Shown here one piece after another: positions 1-8,083 of a stretch of DNA of 8,681 nucleotides. The DNA is from Zygophlyctis sp. KS116. Its lineage: Eukaryota; Fungi; Chytridiomycota. Both the position numbers and the translations under genes were made by a program. Numbering within the stretch: the first letter of the stretch is position 1; each line of letters begins with the position of its first letter. The notes under the pieces are model-generated. The model made no database searches. It was not told the DNA's origin and saw only the letters and a program-made list of their open reading frames with translations. The stretch covers positions 1 through 8,681 of the forward strand of contig BAAFSQ010000371.1 in assembly GCA_054661495.1 (NCBI GenBank), in the 5' to 3' direction.

Positions 1-209
1 AAGATCAGTATAGTATTTACAGATCACAATTCAGCTTGTGATTTCTACAAAAAAGGAGTTCTCACTCTCAGAAAAAATAATCAATTCTATAACTTGGACT
101 ATAGAGTCTATTGGAAGGGTAAAAAAACGCTTAGATTTTAGTTGGAGGTTACGGCCTATATTATATTTATGGAATTTGAATATATGCTCGTTTACCAATG
201 GTACCACAG

Positions 210-482
210 TTAATTGTTTCTGATATAGATCTGAGGATATTTCCAGTTGCCTAAATTGAAATTAAATGCTTCAAGATTGTCAGTACGGAAGGTCACTGTA
301 CCAATTTCTACATTGTACTTAACTTGATTGGTTCCAAATCCATTTTTTTTTAAGAAGATTCCTTCGGCTTTGATTAGTTTCTCAAAACGTTCTTTGAATA
401 CATTGTGGGATACATCATTGTGTAAGAGCGCAGTCTCAGCATAGCACATTTCAGGTTCCATTTTTTTCGGACGGACACTCAA
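210..482 (-). CDS. Unassigned ORF fragment (90 aa), possibly continuing by frameshift toward position ~35
   Basis: Protein-like composition; another minus frame stays open from ~232 to ~35 (DLYQKQLTVVPLVNEHIFKF...). No motif recognised. Confidence 0.25.
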   Translation of the reverse strand: MSVRPKKMEPEMCYAETALLHNDVSHNVFKERFEKLIKAEGIFLKKNGFGTNQVKYNVEIGTVTFRTDNLEAFNFNLGNWKYPQIYIRNN

Positions 483-689
483 AGGAGATACTTATTGGTA
501 TTTTGCTTAATTTATAATTCTTATTTAATTTATTGCTATAATAGCGAATGAAAGTTTTGAGGCTTAGCTGAGACTTAAAGCCAAATTTCGTATAAGGCTG
601 CCAGAGTGGAGTCGACTCTAAAGCAGCGATATTCAGTGGGGGTTTGATAATAAAGGGTTAATCATGAAACGGAGGATTCAGATATTGAG

Positions 690-716
690 GTAAATTTTTA
701 ATCATAACTCTTAAAG
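690..716 (+). other. 27-nt spliceosomal intron
   Basis: GAG|gtaaatttttaatcataactcttaaag|AGG. AT-rich and contains an in-frame TAA; removal joins SDIE to RDKNENTF. Confidence 0.6.
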
Positions 717-792
717 AGGGACAAGAATGAAAATACTTTTGAATTAGCACAAGTGGACATGATTATCGATATAAATTCAGGGTTTTTCATAG

Positions 793-818
793 GTAATTTG
801 TTTTCACTGAAAATGTAG
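793..818 (+). other. 26-nt spliceosomal intron
   Basis: ATAG|gtaatttgttttcactgaaaatgtag|GATTA. Removal corrects the frame and creates the G-L of the GCR1_C motif. Confidence 0.75.
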
Positions 819-2182
819 GATTAAATCATCGTCCTGCTCTCAAATGGATGGAAAATAACCGAAAACCTTGGAGAAAAGCCTCCAATACCTTAGCACAGAA
901 AGTAAAAAGAAGAATATACATTGTCAAAATAATTCAAGAATATTCAAATCTCAAGAACATCAGATTTCATAATGCTTCTGTTGCATTGGGGCAACTCAGG
1001 AAAAGCAAAAATATCTCTCTTTCTCAGTTTGGAAAATCCCTTAAAATAGAAGAAAATTAATAAGCCGAACTAGAACTTGTTTTTCCCATATTAAAGCACC
1101 CAAAAATATATTTTCCGACGGCTTACATCCTCCGGTAAATGCTTTATTAAAAGCGTTCGTTTTATCGGTAACAAAAACCCTTGTCTCAAGATATAAAGTA
1201 CACACATAAACAAAGAATTAAATCAAGTATTGTAAAGTACGGGATTCCTTTCTTTTACATTACTATTTCTCTTGCAGATGTTCAGTTATTGCTTCCATGC
1301 TAACCCTCACATGTAGGTGCTTTGAAAAAAGCTTAATTTTCAAATCTAACTCTGATGTCTTTCCAGTTATGTCGGTAAATAAGTCGGTAAACGATAATTG
1401 GATATATCAAACTATTTCAGGGACAGTGAAATATGCACCAATTCTAGGAGATCTTGGCCATTATGTTAAATCAAATCATAAAGCCAGTGTAATGTTGAAA
1501 ACTACACCAGTGGCAGCTAAGCAAATTCTAACATTGGCTGCTCCTCTATCACATGCTATAAAATGACCCAACAAACAGAACCCTTTTACAAACAACGACA
1601 GAAAATTCATGGTATAGTTAATCAGCTTACTACCTATATTATTAGATTCTTAAATTACGCAAATTAGACATACTATTTCGATTTAGGTTTAAATCTAACA
1701 TTGATGAAGAGAATGACCAACCTTCTTTCAGTGTTTTCTGTCGAAATAAATTTGACTTGGGGAAGATCACTATCAATCACTGTTTAAAATAACTAAATTT
1801 CTTACAAATGCTCCTAAATTTAAATATACCGGGCTTATCTGGACATCTCTACATATAAATCGGCTTCGCTAATACCAAATGAAGACGTAGAGTCACCTAA
1901 ATTATGGAAATAAAAGTATTATTGATACTATTTACTACATTTTTAATGAGCCCATTCCAGAATCACATCATTCCCTGTTTGTAGTTCAAAGGGACCCTTA
2001 ACCTTCATTTTAGACATTTCTAAACATTTATATATATAAATTACCCATACCCTGTTTTTATCCTCCATCCTTGAATGATATAGCAATTTGTCTATATGAT
2101 TAGAAATTGGCTATAGTCGTTAACAAGGTTTGTTTCATCCATGGAGAGTTGGATTAACTACGAAGTCATAGGTAAATAGTAA

Positions 2183-2218
2183 CAGTGGTCGCCACCTTAC
2201 AATTCCGCACGGGCCACA
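2183..2218 (+). mobile_element. Orphan hAT (Buster/Charlie-like) terminal sequence
   Basis: CAGTGGTCGCCA-N16-GGGCCACA, a GC-rich patch in AT-rich DNA. It resembles recalled Charlie/Buster-type ends (CAG(T/G)GGT... with GGGCCACA at +29 to +36). No partner TIR or TSD was found in the window. Confidence 0.4.
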
Positions 2219-2489
2219 ACTCAAAACTGTAAGTTGTCCTTCTTACTAATGTAAGTTCAATGATTTTTTGTTGGATATTTCTCAGGATCAACCCTTACTA
2301 TTTTTGGTACGTATCATGAGTTAAATATGACTTTTGACGTTGAAGAATTGGAAGGATGATGACAATAAAGTCTTATTATTGGACTCAAACAAGTAAAAAC
2401 TTTCAAAAACTTGATCAAATTGGTCTTTCTTAATCATGCATTTTGTTATTGTTTCCCAAGCTTCAACCGAAGTCTGACTGGGACTTTAT

Positions 2490-2878
2490 TATATGTTCTA
2501 AATTTCTGAGGCACTTCGTTTGTTGGGCTACTGGTTTTACTCCAGTAGTCCTTCAAGCAATCATCTGTGTAGATGTCTTGGGATGCTACCCAACTTAAGG
2601 AAGTTGTATGCTTTCCTTTCACAAGGTACGTATATCTACCATATCCTTGTCGTCGGTGTGTTTCTTTTCTTTTGGCGCTGCTTTTCTAGTTGGGAATCTG
2701 GTCTTTTCTTATTCCGTGGTGTTGGAAGTGATAAGTCATCGTCTTGTTCAATCACTAGGGGAGTGGGCAGATACATAAGTACTTGCTCACATTTTTCTAA
2801 TATTGAAGTTTTATGGACTTTTTCGTCCCATTGTTCTTTGTGAGATGCTGCAGCGTTTCTTATCGCTTGCGTTACAGC
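2490..2878 (-). mobile_element. Ty3/gypsy chromovirus integrase C-terminal fragment with chromodomain (degenerate, internally deleted)
   Basis: AIRNAAASHKEQWDEKVHKTSILEKCEQVLMYLP resembles the post-core integrase segment (K..YD.K.....GD.VL). After a frameshift, HRRQGYGRYTYLVKGKHTTSLSWVASQDIYTDDCLKDYW (2658-2542) is a chromodomain pattern. Not in the ORF track. Confidence 0.7.
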
Positions 2879-2932
2879 CTAACTTTTGGCAAGTGAACGA
2901 CAGGCTAACTTCTGACAAGTGAGCGGCAGGCT
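2874..2932. repeat. 26-bp tandem repeat, ~2.3 copies
   Basis: acagcctaacttttggcaagtgaacg / acaggctaacttctgacaagtgagcg / gcaggct; 22/26 identity. Confidence 0.85.
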
Positions 2933-2984
2933 TTCTACATTTCAATCTGAAAAACGCTTTTGAAGTATCGGATGATGGAATTTT

Positions 2985-4071
2985 TCAAGATACGAGTGTT
3001 TCCAATACAATGGATCTCTAATTTCGGAAGTTTGCATCGTTTTCAAAAGCAAATCGGAAAGATGATTCGGCAGCATTGATAGACTATATCATCGGATTGA
3101 TGTCAGTCCAATTATACCGGCCCGTTGTATCAATTTTCCTGTCCAGTGCAAACATAAAATCCCGCACATTTAAGCCAGAGACCACACATCTTGAGCAAAA
3201 CGCTTTGAACAGGGACTGCACTTCTTGCCAATTGAAGAAGTCATTGACTTGGTAGGGTCTAAATGGCCGGTTGATGTCTCCGAAAAAAAATTTCTTTTGC
3301 GATAGGCACCAAGCATCCCACATTTTGATGAAGTTGAATTCGTTCTTGGGGCGAAGTTGCCAAAAATTGTCGAATGATTCCATTCATTTCGGTGAAGTTT
3401 CGGTGAAGATTGGCCCAAAATCAGGATAATTGTCGGCATTCAAGTAAGGTTGAGACAATCCTGAAGGTAGTCGTCTCTATCGGTTTCCGCGCGAAAAAAC
3501 ATGTGTGACCACCATGTGGAGCGAACTGTCACTTGATTGGAGTCGCAATAGTTCAGCGATTTTTCATCCACAAAGACAAGGCGATCAGGAATAAATGACC
3601 GAAAGAATTGCAAACGCCGGCCAGTATGCGTGCAATGAAAAGCTTCATTTTCCAATCTTTGGAAATACGCTAGTCTTTGAGCTTCTGTGAGTGGTTGGCC
3701 TTTTCTTCGAACATTTTAACCCTAAAAAACAACGCAAGATAAAATCAATTGATTCCTCGATAGTGAAGTTGGCGTCATTATCTTTCAAATTCCTAGCCGT
3801 GGCCATAACAAATTGATTCGTGTAGACAATTTCACCTAGGTTTAGAGTCCCCGGCAGTATTCATGAGTAATCACGGCGCGCCACAACTTGTTCGTGAGAC
3901 AATTGGATTTTCAGACGTCTGACTTGATTTTCGCGCTCTTTGCCAAGTCTTCTTGCAGCTATATTATCTCCAAGACACAAATCACATTGCGTCCTCAGAT
4001 TGTATCCGGTGTTCGGTCTGCCAAAAGTGCACGTCTGTCCTTGATTATTGACGGGCGCGCGTACAACTTGA
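2985..4071 (-). pseudogene. Degenerate gene with a Cys-containing N-terminal segment and two tandem HNH-like (His-Me finger, C-x2-[TS]G...DR...Y...N type) domains
   Basis: Segments across frameshifts and stops: TCTFGRPNTGYNLRTQCDLC; ARNLKDNDANFTIEESIDF; FHCTHTGRRLQFFRSFIPDRL...NYCDSNQV; EVQSLFKAFCSRCVVSGLN...FALDRKIDTTGRYNWTDINPMI*SINAAE. Visibly GC/CpG-richer than the flanks. Confidence 0.5.
3387..3408. repeat. Exact 11-bp tandem duplication (TTTCGGTGAAG x2)
   Basis: Read directly; lies at a frame disruption of the surrounding pseudogene. Confidence 0.95.
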
Positions 4072-4904
4072 CCCTATTCATTACTAATATGTTAGGGTAA
4101 GTTGAATATCAACCTGTTCACACACAAGCATATACGAAAGAAGATGTCGGTGAAAGAGAAGGAGTACCCACTGATGATTTTGATGAACGTGCTTTTAAAT
4201 TCACGGAAGGTACCTTTAATGTATATTTTCAAATTACAAATAAACCCTAAGTAGAATTTGTACTTTTGGGAACTAAAGAGAAATTTGATATTTTGTACTC
4301 GATGATATCCATATTTTTTCTAGTAATATTTTTAATAAAATATTTAGAACCTGTCTCTATGAATATTGCTTTATCAATAACTACAGACACAAGCTTAGTA
4401 GGGCTAATTCTACGTCTCTTTTATAATCTCATTAGCGGCTTTCTCTGTACTTTGTTTGATGCGACCCTTTATAAAAAAATAATAAAATACTACATGTATA
4501 TATTGCACAAAAGTCTAACCCTTAATCTTCCCACTTTTAATAACATCTTTTCAGGAAGTAGAGATATATCTTACCTATTTAATAAAACCCATTTAGAAAG
4601 CACCAGTGACTTCGCTGACCTAAATCAACAAACCGTACACCTTCAATATAAAAGCGAGAAAACATGTATAAACCGTGGACTTTGTGTTGGTAATAAGTTA
4701 TAAATCAGATAGTTTTATTTTTTTTCCGACTGAAACAATGACATCAGTAAGTGACGTATCAAAACCTATTGTCTAAGTCAGATCAATGAACACTGTTAAT
4801 ACTTTGATCTCACTTAATTATTTTCTTTTTCGATTGTTTATTTTTCACTAGTTCAAAATATAACTGTCATCAACGCGTTTAGGGGTTTAAAAAAGAAGAA
4901 ATCA

Positions 4905-5436
4905 ATGTCCCAAGAACAAATAATTCTTCATGATGTCGCTGTAAGAACCATGGAGTATAATGTAGCAATGACGGCACAAGCTATAACTAGTCGGGCAGAG
5001 TCTTTAAATACTCGAGCCACTTATGAGTACTATAAAAACATTTTAAAGTGGGCCAATCAACTCAAAACATAGGAATAGTCATCCTTTTCTTACAATGAAA
5101 ATGTAGTCTCCCCTCAAAGAGCAACTGCTATTATAGTTCAAGAAGTTTTATTTCTGCCTTAGAAAGAGGTCGAAAGAGCACAGAACAAAAAAAAATCGAC
5201 CAAGAAGCTGCACTGCTTAGAGGTTAGCATATTGACGTTACTTTAGAATTCCTGAAATCTTTGGAATCTTTGGATTTTTAAAATGGTTATGCGGATATAA
5301 AACTCTCACAGGCTATGTAACAGCTGTATGTGAACTATATACATTTCAAAACAAAATAATAACAACAATATGCACATTTCAAAAACAAAATAATAGCAAT
5401 TGGCATATCCACCCAAGAACAAAGGAGATGAAGACT
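4905..5436 (+). mobile_element. CryptonF / Ndc10-like tyrosine-recombinase N-terminal fragment (pseudogenised, 3' truncated before the catalytic domain)
   Basis: From ATG 4905: ...NTRATYEYYKNILKWA...NENVVSPQRATAIIVQEVL../RKRGRK.../GYKTLTGYVTAVCELYTFQ..KQNNSNWHIHPRTKEMK. This follows the recalled Crypton pattern NT..Y...W...V.....EV...RGRK...T...YV.A..DL...Q....N.H.HPR. It has several stops and frameshifts and is not in the ORF track. Confidence 0.75.
5336..5399. repeat. Imperfect ~33-bp tandem duplication within the Crypton fragment
   Basis: tatatacatttcaaaacaaaataataacaa vs tatgcacatttcaaaaacaaaataatagcaa; duplicates TFQ in frame. Confidence 0.85.
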
Positions 5437-6100
5437 CCGAGATACCATTCAAGCGGTCCACCTTCAGTGATTCCAAATTCTTTCCACAAATGTGCTCTAA
5501 ATGACTCAGTGTGCTTTGGATTTCCAATTGTCTTGATGTCATCGACGTATACACCAACGAAGATTCTTCCATCGAATTTTGCTTGTGAGTTCATAAAGGT
5601 TCACTCTTGAATCCTTCTGGTTGAAGCATATAAACCTCCTCCTTTAGATCTCCCTTCAGAAAAGCAGCAGGAACATCATTCTGGAATGCTTTAAACTTAC
5701 ACTTGGCACATAATGCTGCTAAGATGCGTACAGATTTAAATTTTACCAGGGGTGCATATGTTTCATTATAGTCAACGCCTTTAGTTTGGGAATACTTTTT
5801 CGCTATGAGCCGAGCCTTAAATTTCTTGATATTCCCATATTGATCGAGCTTCTTTGTGTATACCCATTCTGACTTGACGGATTTTTTCGAACATTTTGAC
5901 CTCTCCTTTAGTATCCATGTACCAGAATCCATTAAAGAGGATATCTCACACTTCATAGCATTTTCCCAATCCACATTTTCACTTGAATTGATTGCTTCTT
6001 GGTATGTCTTTGGCGCTTTGTATGACGGCGCCGCATTTAGACATTCCAAGATATCATCATTATTCAAGTTTTTCAATTGAACGTTGGGTGCTTGAGATAG
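5434..6100 (-). mobile_element. Ty1/copia reverse transcriptase (RVT_2) fragment with internal deletion; upstream boundary approximate
   Basis: PKTYQEAI, W..AM..EI.SL...GTW.L, WVYTKK...G.I.KFKARLIAK.YSQ..GVDY.ETYAP, DV..AFL.G.L.EEVYM.QPEGF, then a frameshift to VYVDD...WYLGV. The LYGLKQ block is missing. No RNase H, integrase or LTR seen. Confidence 0.95.
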
Positions 6101-6139
6101 TAAGACTAGACTTCCATTTGACTCACTTCCTCTATTAGC

Positions 6140-6707
6140 TACAAGATTTCCCGCGTCAAGTGCATCATCCAAATTCTGATATGAATTACTTTTAAACTCA
6201 AAAAATTGATCAAGATTAAAATATCAGATTGATCAGTGATATTGTCCTGTTCTGTTGTATTATAACCCAAATCATCATCTAAGCTACGCTCAATTTGATC
6301 CTGAGAGTTCTCGTAAGATTCATGATAATCTCCATTAATTTGTATGAAAGAATGAACAGATGAACTGGCAGATTCAAGAAAATATTCATACGATTCTTTC
6401 CAAGAAGTGAATCTGTACAATAAAAAAGGTTTGAATAGCAACAAAATAGATTGATAATGTTTATCATGATTATCATTGTGTTCATTTAATTTAGTTTTAC
6501 TCGGGAGTCTTTGGCTTATATTAATTTAGGAAGCATTACAAATCTTTAATATTTGATTTATTTTAATTGCTTTAGCTGGCTTAATGGATGAGTATTTTTA
6601 AAATGAATTAGCCCGTTTGATTTATACGGTTCCATTATGAAGTTTCTAACGAATTCGTAGTTCGAAAGGATATTTGGTCTTAACATATAATTGTCCAATG
6701 GTTGAAC
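6140..6707 (-). mobile_element. Helitron2/Helentron-like RepHel fragment (linker between Rep and PIF1 helicase), degenerate
   Basis: VQPLDNYMLRPNILSNYEF...FKNTHPL...VMLP../RLPSK...DKHYQSILLLFKPF...SWKESY followed by an acidic tract. Matches the recalled DY..RP..L..YEF / F...HP / LP / Y...LLLFKP(W/F) / SW motif order. Confidence 0.65.
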
Positions 6708-6721
6708 TGTTCAACCATTGG
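6695..6721. repeat. Perfect inverted repeat, 13-bp arms with 1-nt spacer
   Basis: CCAATGGTTGAAC-T-GTTCAACCATTGG. Confidence 0.97.
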
Positions 6722-6866
6722 CTCTGCAGGTACACTTGAAGCTTGAACTGTTAGATAATCCTTGGCCATAGCAGACAAAATGGGATATTTGAATTCTTTA
6801 GACTTCCAAAATGCCAAAACAGCTTCAGGTCCTAATTCAGCATTCAAAGGCTCCGAATTGAAATAT

Positions 6867-6893
6867 CTAAATTAGGAAATTACGTTATAGTAC
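6867..6893 (-). other. 27-nt spliceosomal intron in the hAT transposase
   Basis: CAAAG|gtactataacgtaatttcctaatttag|ATAT. CTAAT branch-like motif and an in-frame TAA; removal gives EIQRYFNSEP. Confidence 0.8.
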
Positions 6894-8057
6894 CTTTGAA
6901 TCTCGGTTTCTTCGCGAGCTCTTTCTATGCGACGTTTCTTATTTAAAGACTGTTTAAACAGTTTCATCCTGCAGTGAGAGTCCGGTAAAGATTCATCTTC
7001 TCTTGAAGGTGATGCAGATGTATGGTTTAAAGACGTCTTATTCTTGTAAAATTGATACGCCATTTCGAATTGCGTTTCAATGATACCCATTTCAAACAAT
7101 CAACTAGAAATTCTTTCTTCATTCTCGGGTCCAGGATGAGAGCTATACCAACCATGGGAGAAAGTTTGTCGTAATAATGCTCCAGTTTTTCTATAGAAGC
7201 TTGGATGCCAATGTAAATATCATCAGATTCCTCGAATTTTTTCACCTAACCCATCAAGACATGCCCATTCCTCTTCTTCAAGCACAATTTTCTTCACGCG
7301 AACTAACATTTCATAGGTACTGTTCCACCGAGTAGAAACATCAATTATTGGCACCAGATAAACTTTTCCTTGTTGTTCGCAAATCTTTTTCATTAATCGT
7401 CGCAATTTCGGGGAACTTCTAATCTTTCTAATCAAAAAACCCAAACGGGAAACAGCACTGACAACTTTATCCATGGAGTCAGAATCAGGTTCAAAGTCTT
7501 CAGTATCCAAAGGCTCTTTAAAACATTTTAAAATCTCTTTAGCACCTAGATTAATAACATGAGCCATGCATTCAATTTGATTCCAGGCCACACTAAACCC
7601 CGCAGAAGGATGATTTTCCGAAAAATAAGTCTCCAATTGAGCCATCATAGTTGAATTGTTACTGGCATTATCCGCGGTAACACCTTAAAAACGATTCGTC
7701 AATTTAAAGTCTGTCAGTACATCAAGAAATGCATTTGCTAAGCTTTTTCCATCATGTTCTACTTCAAGCAATTTAAAGGCCAACAATCTTTCTTGTACTT
7801 GTCATTCATCGTCAATAAAATGAAATGTAAATCCAAAAAAAGATTGTTGATTTTTTGAGGTCCATACATCACAGGTAATAGAAAACTTGGAGTTGAAACA
7901 ATTCAATTCTTCCTTTAATTTGTCTTTCATTTGAATGTACAATTCTTCCAATTTTCTCATGATGGTAGTTCTAGAATTGACAGCGGTATCTGGCCTTAGA
8001 TAGTCTACAAAATCTTCAAAATCTTTAGAATCAAAAATCGAAAAGGCCAAGTTTTGT

Positions 8058-8083
8058 CTGTATATTTAAATGAAATGATTCAC
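8058..8083 (-). other. 26-nt spliceosomal intron in the hAT transposase
   Basis: ATCAG|gtgaatcatttcatttaaatatacag|ACAA. Removal fuses ORFs 8080..8406 and 7802..8050 in frame (LLIRQNLAFSIF). Confidence 0.85.

Larger units (their letters stand above)
654..1060 (+). pseudogene. GCR1_C-type DNA-binding domain, likely the C-terminus of a CryptonF element; three exons (654-689, 717-792, 819-1060), 5' truncated
   Basis: Spliced translation ...NTFELAQVDMIIDINSGFFIGLNHRPALKWMENNRKPWRKASNTLAQKVKRRIYIVKIIQEY...ASVALGQLRKSKNISLSQFGKSLK matches the GCR1_C pattern (GL-x3-P-x-L-x2-E...WR...RR-x2-I...L-x2-R...SL) as recalled. The frame is continuous after removing two GT-AG introns. Confidence 0.75.

Noticed and set aside
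597-627. Imperfect hairpin and GAGTCGACTC palindrome as a Helitron end or TIR
   Set aside because: No CTRR terminus at the expected distance and only weak similarity to 8526-8552.
1135-1190. VFVTDKTNAFNKAF (minus) as a MULE transposase motif
   Set aside because: Too short; the downstream C-x2-H motif is absent.
1480-1560. LAATGVVFNI (minus) as PIF1 motif Ia
   Set aside because: No Walker A motif upstream; it is the antisense of a plus-strand ORF.
2520-2843. 107-aa hydrophobic plus-strand ORF as a membrane protein
   Set aside because: Antisense shadow of the gypsy integrase/chromodomain fragment.
2874-2932. CRISPR-like repeat
   Set aside because: Units are directly adjacent with no spacers, and the context is eukaryotic.
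3717-4250. Telomere-like AACCCTA/TAGGGT motifs and CG-rich boxes as a promoter or interstitial telomere
   Set aside because: Isolated single copies, mostly within a region better explained as minus-strand coding sequence.
4266-4703. 145-aa plus ORF, and LPEKMLLKVGRLRVRLLCNI on the minus strand as a PIF1 2B motif
   Set aside because: The ORF has AT-driven I/L/F/K/N composition with no motif; the PIF1-like stretch lacks the following NG..G motif and is bounded by stops.
4873-4878. ACGCGT (MCB box) upstream of the Crypton ATG
   Set aside because: A single hexamer is not distinguishable from chance.
5306-6485. ORFs 5306..5572, 5428..5610, 5856..6080 and 6279..6485 as separate genes
   Set aside because: Alternative-frame or antisense shadows of the Crypton, copia and Helitron-like fragments.
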